Shown here in pieces: positions 1 to 10,040 of a stretch of DNA of 64,000 nt. Positions within the stretch are counted from its first letter, which is position 1. The number at the start of each line of letters is the position of its first letter. The notes under the pieces were generated by a model. The model made no database searches, had not been told where the DNA came from, and saw nothing but the letters and a program-made list of their open reading frames with translations. The stretch covers positions 480,001 through 544,000 of the forward strand of contig JBFWNU010000005.1 of assembly GCA_050250895.1 (NCBI GenBank), written 5' to 3'. Origin of the DNA: Vulcanimicrobiota bacterium (lineage in GTDB: Bacteria > Vulcanimicrobiota > Xenobia > Xenobiales > JADMJV01). The position numbers and the translations under genes were made by a program.

Positions 1-759
1 GCTGTGCGCGTGATTTCAGTACCCGAGCAACTGCCGCCCCAAAGTGGTCGCAAATATATCGAGCGCGAACGCAAGATTCTCGAGCAGGCCTATCAGAAAG
101 GGGCCGAACTGGGGGTGGCCGTGACCTCGGTGGTGCGCATCGGCCACAACGTGGCCCGAGCCATTCTCGAGACCTCGCGGGAGCACCAGTGCCAACTGAT
201 CGTGTTAGGGTGGAAGGGCTACTCGACTACGGCTCAGCGAATCCTGGGAGAGACGATCGATTCGGTAGTGTCCCACGCCCGGGCCGATATCATGCTGGTC
301 AAGCTGAGCGAAAAGCCATTTGGCGGACGTATCTTGCTGCCCACCGCAGGCGGCACTCACGCTCGCAAAGCCGAAAGCTACGCTGCCCAACTGGCCAGCC
401 GGCTGGCCAGCGAACACACTCTCACTCTGTGCTCGGTTACCTCTCCCGAGGCCCCCGACGAGTCGAGAAGAATCGTCTCGGAGCGGGTGGATTCGGCCGT
501 GGCCCGAGTCAAGGCGCAGTATCCCGACCTCGAGGTACAGGGGCATCTGATCTCGCATGCCGACGTAACCCTGGGAATCCTCGAGGAAGCCCGCAACTTC
601 GATGCCCTGGTGGTTGGGGCGGCGGGCCATAGCGTCTATCCCCAGATCTTGTTTGGCAACATCCCCGAGGCATTGGCCAAGCACTTCGACGGGCCCGTCA
701 TCGTGGTCAAGAGCTACGACCGCGTCAAAGCGCTGGTGGGCCGAGTGATGGGGTCTTAG
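1..759 (+). CDS. Universal stress protein (tandem USP domains), 5'-truncated at window edge; probably the C-terminus of a larger transporter-USP fusion
   Basis: Two USP-like units (QLIVLGWKG...ILGETIDSVVSHARADIMLVK; DALVVGAAG...LFGNIPEALAKHFDGPVIVVK); reading frame is open to position 1. Confidence 0.75.
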   Translation, partial: AVRVISVPEQLPPQSGRKYIERERKILEQAYQKGAELGVAVTSVVRIGHNVARAILETSREHQCQLIVLGWKGYSTTAQRILGETIDSVVSHARADIMLVKLSEKPFGGRILLPTAGGTHARKAESYAAQLASRLASEHTLTLCSVTSPEAPDESRRIVSERVDSAVARVKAQYPDLEVQGHLISHADVTLGILEEARNFDALVVGAAGHSVYPQILFGNIPEALAKHFDGPVIVVKSYDRVKALVGRVMGS

Positions 760-3700
760 TTACCAGCGGCGAACCTGATTGAGGATCGAGCGAGAAACCT
801 GGGCCCGCGCCACCAGCGAGGCCGGCAAAGACTGCCAGAGGCGAGCGGTGTTGTTGATCTCGACTTCGAGTTTCTGGGGTGGACTGAAGTCGCCCAGTGT
901 GCGCGCCAGATAGCTAAAAGACGGTCCCAGTCTGGGCAAGAATTCGGGCGGGGTCGAGGTTCGCAGCGTTTTACCGGCCAGCAGCAAGCTGCGCACCAGG
1001 CGCGGTAAAGACGCATACCCGAAGCGCTCGACTTCTTGCTGGCAGAACAGGGCCGCCAGCACCATACACGAGGCGCGGTAGTGAGCGTGGGGGGTGTCGC
1101 TGAGCTTGCTGCCCAGTTTGAGAAACTGGTCGGGATAGTCGACCCATTTGCGGGCCGCGTCGTCGACGATAGCCAGCCCAACCGAGATGGTGGCGGGCAG
1201 AATCTCGTCGAGCCCGGGATGGTCGTGGTCAGCCGCCTCGACCACGCGCTCGAGCAGCTTTCTGGGCAGCATCTCCATCTCGGCCGGTAACCCTCCCGTC
1301 GCGATCAGGCTTTGGGTCAGGGCCAGTGCCCGAGGCAGGTCGATCTCGTCAGGAGCCTGATGCACCAGGCTGCGTAGCCAGTCGGTCCGCAGCCGCGAGT
1401 CGGTCGGATCGAGTTCGGCGAAAACTCGCGCAGCCTTGCCGAAAACCATCTGCGCCTCGTCCACCCGCTCGAGTTCGAGCAGCAGACTGGCCAGAGCCTG
1501 TTCGCATTCGACTGCCTCGAGTAACTTGTTCTGTTTTTGATACAGCTGACCGGCCTGCTCGAAATCTTCCAGCGCCCCTTCGGTGTCGCCAGTGCGCGCT
1601 CGCAGGCGGGCCCGGTTGGCCAGCACCTGGGCCGACAGGAGCGAGCCGCGCGTGTGGTCGTTGACCTCGAACAGATCATAGGCCTCGCCGTACTCTTCCA
1701 GCGCCTTCTCTTCGAAGCCCAGGGTCTCGAGGGTGGCGCCCCGGCTGCTGAAGGTGCGGGCCAACATTTCCGTGTGCTCGGTCAGACCTTTCTCGAGCAC
1801 CAGGGGTCGAAACAACTCGAGGGCTTTATCGAAATCGTCCAGGGCAGCTTCGACCTGCTCGAGGCGTGTTCGGGCAAAGCCTCGGTAGTGATAGCTTTGA
1901 GCCAACTCGGCCTGATATTCCAGGTTCCCCTGCACGGCCAGGGCCGAGAACAGTTCGACCAGCCGGCCGTAAAGGGTGATGGCGGCTTGATAGTCCTGCT
2001 TGCGCAGTTCGCGCAGCGCTCGCAGCTTGAGATTTTTACACAGACGGCTCACGGTAGCCATTTTGGCCTGATCGCCCTTAAGGCGCCCCGAGGCGAAAGC
2101 CTCGACCAGGTCCCGCACGGCCAGGTCGACCGCATCGGTCTCGATGAGGGCCCCGGCTCGGTGCAGTAGGGCCGTCGAGAGACGCTCGTGCCAGATCGGA
2201 TCGTTAGAGTCCTCACTGAGCCGCTTGTACATCTCGAGGGCGCGGGTGAAGTCATCGAGCGATTGGGCCGGCGAACCGACGGCGGCCACCAGGCGTCCGC
2301 GCCGGTCCAGCACGTCGGCGAGACGCGCCGTTTCGGCCAGGTCGCGGTAGTCGACCACCTTCAGGAAGAGATCCGCGGCCCGGCTGAGGTCATCGAGAGC
2401 TGCCTCGGTAGAGCCCAGCTGCTCGTAGCCCTGACTGCGCAACTCGAGGGCCTGGGCCAGACCCGTGGTGGTCAACGGCGACCCTTCTTCTTCGAGTCCC
2501 GAGTAGAGGGCGATCGCGCGGCTGGCCGCTCGGATTCCGGTCTCTTTTTCTTCGAGCTTGAAGCTCAGTTCGGCCTGACTGAGATGGCAGGCGGCCAGGT
2601 CACTGGCCAACTCGATGCGGCCCTCCTCTTCCACCAAGCGGGTGTAGAGGGCCACCGCCACCTGAAACTCTTCGGCGGCCTGCTGGGGCACCTCGCGTTC
2701 GAGATGGGCCTGTCCCAGGTTATTGTGGGCCACGGCTCGCTCGTGAAGGAAGTCGTCCTGGCGCTCTTCGCCAATCTCGTCCTCATAGATCTCGAGGGCT
2801 CGACTACAAGCTCGGATCGCTCCGGGTTCATCGCCCATCTCGAGGCAGCAGGCGCCCAGGCTACTCAAGGCCATGGCTAGCTCGGGCAGGCAGCCGTCGT
2901 CGCCCGAAACCACCGCCAATCGGTAGTCACCAGTGGCCGACTGATAGTCGTCGGCAGCCCGGGCGAGGCGGCCCTGAGAGCGCTGCAACGTGCCGCGGCA
3001 GACGAAGGCGAAGGCCCGGGTGGGATAGAGGTCTTCTTGCAGCTCGACATCGACCAGGCGATTGAGGATCTCGACGGCGCGGTCGAAATTCTCCAGCGCC
3101 TCTTCGAAGCGCTCTTCCTGGTACAGGACGAGGCCGCGGTTGGTATAGGTCGTAGCCAGGTCGGTGCGCACGTCCAGGCGACCTTCAGACACCAGATAGG
3201 TGCGAATGGCCACGGCCGAGGCATAGTCCTTTTCGGCCTCTTCAAAATTGCTGAGGCGGTGCAGGGCGGCCCCGCGGTCATTGTATACAGCCGCCAAATC
3301 GTTGCGCAGACTCTCGTAGTCTTCTTCATTGACCAACTGCTCGAACAAGTCAAGGCCCAGCGTAGCCTCGCGCACGGCCAGCTCGGCGTCACCCATCTCG
3401 AGCATCAGGCACGAGCGGGAGTGATGCGCCTGGGCCAGTTCTCGGCGCAGCCGGCGGGCGCGATCGATCTCGACGAGCCGGGCATAGTAGTCCACCGCCC
3501 GATCGAAGTCTTCCAGAGCGTCAGGCAACTCGCGGCGGGCGCGGTGAACCAGGCCCCGGTTGTGGATGGCCAGGGCTAGCAAAGCCTTGAGCTCTTCGCG
3601 ATTCTGCTCCTCGACCACGATCGTGTAGTGGTGAACCGCCTGCTCGGCGTCGGTCAGGGCTGGACCCACCTGACCCAGCTCGCGGCAGGCTTCGCTGCGC

Positions 3701-6648
3701 CGGTTGTAAGCCGCGGCCAGACCGTTGCGCAGCTTGGTTTGCCCCTCTTCCTCGACCAGGATCAAGAAGTGATGGACGGCGTGTTCGATGTCGCCCAGGG
3801 CCCGCTCGGAGTGCCCCAGGTGTAGGTAGGCGAGGCCTCGGCTGCTGTGGGCCCAGGCCAGCTCTTCGCGAAAACCGGGGCGATGGTAGCGCTCGACCAG
3901 GGCCGCCAGGCTCTGGCGAAAACCATCGAGGATGGTCGTCTTGCGGTGGAATAACCCCCGATCTTCGAGTTCGGCGAAGACCGCGTTACGGACTCGCCGC
4001 AGCTCTTCGCGCTCGCACACCTGGCTGAGCAAGTCGGAATTCTGGGAGTCAAGCACCCAGGAATAGAGTCGGCGCAGGGTTAGGCTCAGTCGGTCCAGGC
4101 GCATGCGCGCTTCGCCCAGAGGGTCGGCGATAGAGCTGATCTCGGTCAGCGCAAAGCGGGCCAGGCGCTCGCATACGGAAGCATAGAGCGTGTAGTAGCT
4201 TTCTTGGAGATGATACTTGAACGAGCGGTGGGCCAGACTGAGGCCGGGGTCTTCGCGGTCAAAGCAGTGAAAGAGGCTGGGCAGGTTGTGCAACAACTCG
4301 AGCGCGTCGGCGCGCAGGATGCCGAAGGTGGATAGCTCGATGGTGGGCACCGGCTCGTCCGAGGTGGCCAGCAACAAGAAGAGATTCAAGAAGCGCCGGC
4401 CGAAGCGCTGCTCGAGCAGCTCGAGCGCCGCCTCATAAAACGACTCGCCTGCGGGCAGGTCAGCCGGGCTTTCGAGCAACCCGGCCGCCAGAAACTCGGC
4501 CATGTGGCGGGCGGTGGCCAGGCGCCCCTCGGACTTCTCGATGATCAGCTCGGCCATTTCGGGGGCACAACCCGTGAGGTGGCGGCGCACCACCTCGCGA
4601 TACGCCTCGCTCTGTTCGTCGAGTTCGATGAGCAGGTTGGAGCCCGCTCGCAGCAAGTCGACTTTGGCCGTGCCTCGCGCCGATAGCCCGTCGACTCGAT
4701 AGGTGGCCAGTACGAACACGCCCTCGGGTAGTTGCTCGGGCAAGAAATCGTGCAGGGTCGCCTGGCCCCCGGCCCCTTCGAACGCTTCGTCGAGGCCGTC
4801 GAGGCAGAGCACGAAAGAGGTTTCGTTGATCAGAATCAGCTCGCTGAGGTAGGCCGAGAAGCGAGCTGCCCGGGCCTCGGCTCCAAAACGATTGTTCAGA
4901 TGCTTGATGACGTGTTGGTCGAGCGCCTCGAAGGCTCGGCGGCCGAGACTCGGGCTGACCCGGATATGTTCGTTGAGTTGCTCGATAAAGGTCTGGCAGT
5001 CGGTCTGCAGGCGCGCTTTGATGGGGAAGTAGAGGATTGGCAGGCGGTCGCCCTGAGCCGTCTTCACGCTCTGGCCGAGGGCCTGGCAGAGCAACGATTT
5101 GCCGGTGCCCTGGTTGCCCTCGACCAGAATGTAGCCCCGGTCCTGGGCGTTGAGAAAGCGGCGCACGGTCGAGACCATGTCCTGGGGGACCAGTTCAGAA
5201 TCGATAGGCGGATAGGTCTTGCGGAGCAGGTCGTCAAAAGCCTCGACTTCGGCTCGAGTCCAGGGGGCCACGCCTTCCACGCGGGCCTGTTCCTCGAGCA
5301 GGCTCAAGTCTTCCTGGGCCCGCCGCACGCTGGGCAACTCGGGCGAGGGCGGTCGCGTCTCGGGGGGAGGGACCGGAGCCGGGACCAGCTCGACCTCGGC
5401 CGCTTGTTCTGGCTCGGATTTGGGCTCTTCCTCAAGTTCAGCCTCGGGGTCGGAGGCCAGATCCAGCTCGAAGTCGGCTTGTTCTTTATGGCGATAGGCG
5501 GCCAGGAACTCGGGCGGGGGTGGACCTGCGGTCACCGGTTTGGTGCCGATGGTGTCGAAGAAGTCGTTGACCACCTGGGCGGCGGCCGCCTTCTTGAGCC
5601 AGCTGTCCAGACGATTGCGAAAAGCATCGAGGATGCCGGCGGCTTCCAGAAAGGATTCAAAGAGCGGGCGGCCGGCCGGGCCGAGCTTGTCGAGCTTTTC
5701 GAACAGGCTGGCGGCGTCGAAATTGGCATCGCCCGAGAACACGCCAGACCACCTGGCGGCCAGACCTGAATAATCGAGGAATTCGCCGAAGGAGGTGGTC
5801 GAGGGCCTGACCGTGTCGCTGTTGGGCAACTCGAGAGTCAGCTCTTCGACCGGAGCGCTGGGGGGGTCGACCTTCATCTGGCGGGTGGGCAGGTCGAGGG
5901 CCCATTCGGCCCGGGGGCGGGCCGCAGGCGCAGGAGCGGGCTCGCCCAGGTCCAGGCTGAGAGGGGTGCGCTCGAGGGCCGGGCCAAAACGCTGGGGCAG
6001 GGGAGGCAGAAGGGTGATGACTTCTCCGGCCGAGGCCAGGGTTAGTTCCACGGTGTGGGGTTCTTCTCCGCGTTCGTAGTTGTGCTTCCACGTTTCGAAG
6101 AAGGTGGCGGCACCCTCAAGCCAACTGCGCAGAATCTCGAGGTAGCCGCGCAAATCCCCTCGCATCTCTTCGCGATCCTGAGTTGCTTCTAGCCGTTCGA
6201 CTTCGCGCGCCCAATGGGACAACTCTTGCAAATTACCCTCGGATTGACCAGCCAGGCGCAGCCAGCGGGCGTGGGCAAAAGGAAGAGTGGTCTTGCCGTT
6301 GAGGAAGAAGACACGTCGGACCGTTTGTTGGGCCCGCGATTGCTGGTGGACTTCCAGGGCCGACATCGAGAACCGCAACAGCCGCTCGTACTGCAGGATC
6401 GAGTCGACATTAGATGCCAGCGCGGTAATCTCGGGGCGATTCGGCTCGAGACGCTTGAGCAGGCCGGTAGCGGTCCCGGTGAAGTAGCGCAACAGCAGAT
6501 CGAGCGCGTCGAGCAATGACCGGGCTGCCACGAAGGGCCGGTCTTCGGAGAGGGCGCGCTCGAGCTTGGTGAGGAGAGGAGCCAGGCCTTCTGGTGTCTG
6601 GCTGGGTAGTTCGGGGACCCTTAGTTCGCTGAGATTCTCGGTGTTCAT
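760..6648 (-). CDS. Large STAND/NACHT-like P-loop NTPase with C-terminal TPR-like repeat array
   Basis: Walker A GNQGTGKS, Walker B LCLDGLDE, sensor VLATYR, WHD-like LAHRSFKYHL, followed by many ~47-aa TPR-like repeats. Start placed at ATG 6648 (MNTENL); the ORF track extends to 6780. Confidence 0.8.
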   Translation of the reverse strand: MNTENLSELRVPELPSQTPEGLAPLLTKLERALSEDRPFVAARSLLDALDLLLRYFTGTATGLLKRLEPNRPEITALASNVDSILQYERLLRFSMSALEVHQQSRAQQTVRRVFFLNGKTTLPFAHARWLRLAGQSEGNLQELSHWAREVERLEATQDREEMRGDLRGYLEILRSWLEGAATFFETWKHNYERGEEPHTVELTLASAGEVITLLPPLPQRFGPALERTPLSLDLGEPAPAPAARPRAEWALDLPTRQMKVDPPSAPVEELTLELPNSDTVRPSTTSFGEFLDYSGLAARWSGVFSGDANFDAASLFEKLDKLGPAGRPLFESFLEAAGILDAFRNRLDSWLKKAAAAQVVNDFFDTIGTKPVTAGPPPPEFLAAYRHKEQADFELDLASDPEAELEEEPKSEPEQAAEVELVPAPVPPPETRPPSPELPSVRRAQEDLSLLEEQARVEGVAPWTRAEVEAFDDLLRKTYPPIDSELVPQDMVSTVRRFLNAQDRGYILVEGNQGTGKSLLCQALGQSVKTAQGDRLPILYFPIKARLQTDCQTFIEQLNEHIRVSPSLGRRAFEALDQHVIKHLNNRFGAEARAARFSAYLSELILINETSFVLCLDGLDEAFEGAGGQATLHDFLPEQLPEGVFVLATYRVDGLSARGTAKVDLLRAGSNLLIELDEQSEAYREVVRRHLTGCAPEMAELIIEKSEGRLATARHMAEFLAAGLLESPADLPAGESFYEAALELLEQRFGRRFLNLFLLLATSDEPVPTIELSTFGILRADALELLHNLPSLFHCFDREDPGLSLAHRSFKYHLQESYYTLYASVCERLARFALTEISSIADPLGEARMRLDRLSLTLRRLYSWVLDSQNSDLLSQVCEREELRRVRNAVFAELEDRGLFHRKTTILDGFRQSLAALVERYHRPGFREELAWAHSSRGLAYLHLGHSERALGDIEHAVHHFLILVEEEGQTKLRNGLAAAYNRRSEACRELGQVGPALTDAEQAVHHYTIVVEEQNREELKALLALAIHNRGLVHRARRELPDALEDFDRAVDYYARLVEIDRARRLRRELAQAHHSRSCLMLEMGDAELAVREATLGLDLFEQLVNEEDYESLRNDLAAVYNDRGAALHRLSNFEEAEKDYASAVAIRTYLVSEGRLDVRTDLATTYTNRGLVLYQEERFEEALENFDRAVEILNRLVDVELQEDLYPTRAFAFVCRGTLQRSQGRLARAADDYQSATGDYRLAVVSGDDGCLPELAMALSSLGACCLEMGDEPGAIRACSRALEIYEDEIGEERQDDFLHERAVAHNNLGQAHLEREVPQQAAEEFQVAVALYTRLVEEEGRIELASDLAACHLSQAELSFKLEEKETGIRAASRAIALYSGLEEEGSPLTTTGLAQALELRSQGYEQLGSTEAALDDLSRAADLFLKVVDYRDLAETARLADVLDRRGRLVAAVGSPAQSLDDFTRALEMYKRLSEDSNDPIWHERLSTALLHRAGALIETDAVDLAVRDLVEAFASGRLKGDQAKMATVSRLCKNLKLRALRELRKQDYQAAITLYGRLVELFSALAVQGNLEYQAELAQSYHYRGFARTRLEQVEAALDDFDKALELFRPLVLEKGLTEHTEMLARTFSSRGATLETLGFEEKALEEYGEAYDLFEVNDHTRGSLLSAQVLANRARLRARTGDTEGALEDFEQAGQLYQKQNKLLEAVECEQALASLLLELERVDEAQMVFGKAARVFAELDPTDSRLRTDWLRSLVHQAPDEIDLPRALALTQSLIATGGLPAEMEMLPRKLLERVVEAADHDHPGLDEILPATISVGLAIVDDAARKWVDYPDQFLKLGSKLSDTPHAHYRASCMVLAALFCQQEVERFGYASLPRLVRSLLLAGKTLRTSTPPEFLPRLGPSFSYLARTLGDFSPPQKLEVEINNTARLWQSLPASLVARAQVSRSILNQVRRW

Positions 6649-6842
6649 CGGCTGGAGGGCAAACCATTCTCGCCACGGGGGGTTTAGCCCTCCGTTGGCG
6701 GGGGGGCATCGAGAATTCTTGACCGGGGTCCCGTCCCAAAAGCAGGGGCTGCCTGCCAGTTTCCGGAATAGCCTTGTCAAACACCGAAATTGAAGACCGC
6801 CACAAACCGCACCAGCGGGACGGCGGCGCAGGGGTAATCAAG

Positions 6843-7427
6843 ATGCGAGATTCGGCAAGAAAACCTCTCGGCTGGTCGGCCCGCCGTAGACCCTTCGGGG
6901 ACTCTTTTGCCAGCTGTCTGCTGACGTGTATTGTTCTCATCGGCGGAGTCGTCTGGGCCTATTTTCACTTTTTCCAGAACCGCGAACTGGACAATCCGCT
7001 CGAGGGGCATAACATTGGCGGAACCATGACCTCCGAAGTGGTCAACACTTATCGCACCAAGATGATTCGCGACATCTTCAGCCGGTCCGAGGGCGCTTCC
7101 AAGCGCATCTCGGCTCTCTATAAAGACGTGAAAGACAATAAGATCTCACCTGACGACTTCAAGCAGGAGTCCACCGAGATCGAGCGCGAGTTGCGCGACA
7201 CGATGACCGAGCTCAAGGCCCGCTCCGTGCCCAAGCAATTCGAGAAGCCCCACCTGCAGTTGGCCGAGGGCATCGGCGAGTGGTGGAAGTGTCTCAACGC
7301 CCTGCGCGAGGCCAACATCGCTACCGAGGCCAACATCCGCGACGCCAAGATGGAAGAAGCCAAGAACACCTACGCCAAAGGGCGCAAGCTGTTCGACAAG
7401 GCTCGACCGGTCTACGGCAAGGTCTGA
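6843..7427 (+). CDS. Hypothetical protein with single N-terminal membrane anchor and helical soluble domain
   Basis: ATG 6843; basic N-terminus, hydrophobic CLLTCIVLIGGVVWAYF, then a charged helical region with host-like codon usage. Confidence 0.7.
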   Translation: MRDSARKPLGWSARRRPFGDSFASCLLTCIVLIGGVVWAYFHFFQNRELDNPLEGHNIGGTMTSEVVNTYRTKMIRDIFSRSEGASKRISALYKDVKDNKISPDDFKQESTEIERELRDTMTELKARSVPKQFEKPHLQLAEGIGEWWKCLNALREANIATEANIRDAKMEEAKNTYAKGRKLFDKARPVYGKV

Positions 7428-8587
7428 CCGCTGATGGTCGAGACCACCTTCTCGGCCGCGCCGGCGTAAGGACCGTAGAGGTCCAGCAACCTGGCTCTCA
7501 CCTCGTCGAGGTGAGAGTTTTGTTTTATCAGGTCTTCGATCAACTCGGCCACGGTCTCGACCCGGATGACCTCGACCAGTTCTGGGATCAACGCCTCGCT
7601 AGCCAGTTGATTGGGCTGCGAAAACAGACCGATGGTATCGCGCATATTCAGCAAAATGCGCGATTTCACGGCCCGGGCTCCGGGCACCCAGTCCAACAGG
7701 CCCAACAGGCCAATGTAAGGTAGGTCTTGGGGACGGTTAAGCGGCAGCAGGCACAGGCTAGGGACCCCGAGGCTACCGGCTTCCGCCGTCTTGGTACCGG
7801 GAATGGCCACGGCCAGCCGGGCCCGGGCCAGATGTTCCAGGGAGTCCTGGCGTCGTACCGGCGCCCGCAGCTGCTCGGTCACCAGGTAGCCCCCCTCGAG
7901 CCGAGCGGCCACCCCGCCCAGAGCCGGGTCGACCGGGAATTGGGAGCCCTCGGGCCGGTCGAGATAAGGCGACAGGTGGAATTGAAACTCGAGCTGTGGG
8001 TGGCTCGCTTTCAGGCGGGCGGCCACCCCCAGAAAGAACGGAATGAGGCTGGTGGCCTCTTGCTCACGGCTGCCGGGCAGAAAGCTGATGAGGTTGTGGT
8101 CGGGCCGTTGGGGCGAGACGGTCTGGTAGACCCCGTCCACCACCAGGTCGCCGACCACGCGGATTTTCTCCGGCGCGACTTTGCGCTTGAGTAGCCAGTC
8201 GACACCCCACTGGTTCTTGGTAAAGTAGCCCACGAAAGCCGAATCCCACCACGGTCGAGCCCACAGGTAAGACCAGCAGCGGAGGCCCCAGCGCCAGCTC
8301 AACACGGCCGTGTACATCAGGTCGCCCCCCAGGTGGAGCAAAGAGCAACCGGCGAAACGGCGCCCCTCGTAGGCCAGCAAAGCCGGAATCCGCGAGGCCG
8401 GGATGACCTCGGAGACTCCTTCGAGCTGGCCCGCCACCCTGGCCTCGTTGCCCGAGGCAAAGGTGCAGGGCAGTAACAGGACCACCACCCTGGCCTCAGG
8501 AAAGGCTTGTCGATAGCGCCGCAATACCGGTTGCATCCAGCCCGAGATCTCGCCGGGACTGTTGGCCGTGATCAACAGCGGCTTCAT
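7412..8587 (-). CDS. Lipid-A-disaccharide synthase-like glycosyltransferase (LpxB-related, GT-B fold)
   Basis: ANSPGE N-terminus, SFLPGSREQE, IPGTKTAEAGSLGVP and FSQPN...LIPEL motifs typical of the LpxB family; LPS gene context. Confidence 0.7.
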   Translation of the reverse strand: MKPLLITANSPGEISGWMQPVLRRYRQAFPEARVVVLLLPCTFASGNEARVAGQLEGVSEVIPASRIPALLAYEGRRFAGCSLLHLGGDLMYTAVLSWRWGLRCWSYLWARPWWDSAFVGYFTKNQWGVDWLLKRKVAPEKIRVVGDLVVDGVYQTVSPQRPDHNLISFLPGSREQEATSLIPFFLGVAARLKASHPQLEFQFHLSPYLDRPEGSQFPVDPALGGVAARLEGGYLVTEQLRAPVRRQDSLEHLARARLAVAIPGTKTAEAGSLGVPSLCLLPLNRPQDLPYIGLLGLLDWVPGARAVKSRILLNMRDTIGLFSQPNQLASEALIPELVEVIRVETVAELIEDLIKQNSHLDEVRARLLDLYGPYAGAAEKVVSTISGQTLP

Positions 8588-9069
8588 GGGTCCAGGCCGC
8601 GCAACATGCTTTCGAGTCGACTGGTAGAGTGCCCGGGCACCAGCGGAGTGATCAAGATCCGGCCGCCGTGGGACTCGACCACCTCGCGCTCGGGCAAATC
8701 CTCGACCTTGTAGTCGCCGCCTTTGATGTGGACATCGGGTCGAACCTCGTCGAGGATCTCCACCGGAGTGTCCTCTTCGAAGACCACCACCAGGTCGACA
8801 CAGGCGAACCCGGCCAGCAACTCGGCCCGGTCGCGAGCAGCGACCAGAGGACGGCGCGCACCCTTGAGCCGGCGCACGCTCTCATCCGAATTGACCCCGA
8901 CCACCAGAAAATCGGCCTGCTGCCGGGCCGTCTGCAGGGTGTGCAGATGGCCCACGTGGATCAGGTCAAAACAGCCGTTGGTAAAGGCGATTCGCAAGCC
9001 CTGCGAGCGCACCTGGGCGAGCCGGTCGGGCAGTTCCGAGCGCTCGACCAGTTTGTGGCGGGTTACCAT
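8584..9069 (-). CDS. rfaE2: D-glycero-beta-D-manno-heptose 1-phosphate adenylyltransferase (HldC/RfaE domain II)
   Basis: FTNGCFDLIHVGH, GVNSDESVRRLKG, KGGDY, GHSTS motifs; ATG 9069 overlaps the upstream kinase gene. Confidence 0.92.
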   Translation of the reverse strand: MVTRHKLVERSELPDRLAQVRSQGLRIAFTNGCFDLIHVGHLHTLQTARQQADFLVVGVNSDESVRRLKGARRPLVAARDRAELLAGFACVDLVVVFEEDTPVEILDEVRPDVHIKGGDYKVEDLPEREVVESHGGRILITPLVPGHSTSRLESMLRGLDP

Positions 9070-10040
9070 GTTTTCGAGATCGAGCGCAAGATTTCTTCGG
9101 GGGTGGCCGTGGCCGTGCCCACTTTGCGCACCACCACCGCGGCCGCGTGGCTGGCGATGGCCACCGCTTCTTCGGGCTCGGCCGCCACGGCCGCACACAG
9201 GCCGACCAGCGTCAGCACGGTGTCACCCGCCCCACTGACATCAAAGACTTGCGAGGCCAGGGCCGGAAAGGTGAAGGACGGCTGTTGCTGGCGAAACAGG
9301 GTCATGCCGTGTTCCCCGCGGGTGACCAGTACGGCCTGGGCCCCAGAGCGCTCCAGCAACAGCCGGCCGGCTTGTTCCACCAGTTCGTCGCTCGAGGTTT
9401 CGACACCACTGGCCGCGGAGGCCTCGAGGGCATTGAGGGTGATGGTCCCAAGTCCCCGAAAAACCTCGAAGTTGGAGGGCTTCGGTCCGGCGATGGTAGG
9501 CCGCTGGGCGGCTGTGGTCAGGAGCTTCTGGCTGCCCGGGCTGCGGAACAGCCCTTTGTCGTAATCAGAAAAGAAGACTCCGTCAAAGCTCGTGATCCGC
9601 TCGCTGAGCCACTGATGGGATTGCTCGAGCAGGGCCTCGGGCAGAGGGGTTCGGCGCTCGAAGTCGGCCCGCACGACCTGTTGCGAGTGGGCGATGATGC
9701 GGGTCTTGAGAGTGGTGGGCCGGTCGGGGTCGACCAGCACGCCGTCAACGGCCACCCCCTGTTCATCGAGGATGGTGCGCAACCGTTGGCCTGATTCGTC
9801 TTCGCCCACGGCTCCGACCAGGGACACCCGGGCTCCCAGGGCGCGCAGGTTGCTCACCACATTGGCCGCTCCCCCGGGGGTATAGGTGTAGCGGTCCACG
9901 TCCACCACCGGCACGGGAGCCTCGGGGCTGATGCGGGTGACCGAACCCCAGACCCAGTGGTCCAACATCAAGTCTCCCACCACCAGCACGTGAAGGTTAG
10001 AAAATCTAGCCACAATCTCTTCGGCCCGGCGCGGTTCCAT
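9063..10040 (-). CDS. rfaE1: D-glycero-beta-D-manno-heptose 7-phosphate kinase (HldA/RfaE domain I, PfkB family)
   Basis: VVGDLMLD, RISPEAPVPVV, GGAANV, SDYDKG, DVSGAGDTV motifs; start ATG 10040 (MEPRRAEE). Confidence 0.92.
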   Translation of the reverse strand: MEPRRAEEIVARFSNLHVLVVGDLMLDHWVWGSVTRISPEAPVPVVDVDRYTYTPGGAANVVSNLRALGARVSLVGAVGEDESGQRLRTILDEQGVAVDGVLVDPDRPTTLKTRIIAHSQQVVRADFERRTPLPEALLEQSHQWLSERITSFDGVFFSDYDKGLFRSPGSQKLLTTAAQRPTIAGPKPSNFEVFRGLGTITLNALEASAASGVETSSDELVEQAGRLLLERSGAQAVLVTRGEHGMTLFRQQQPSFTFPALASQVFDVSGAGDTVLTLVGLCAAVAAEPEEAVAIASHAAAVVVRKVGTATATPEEILRSISKTW

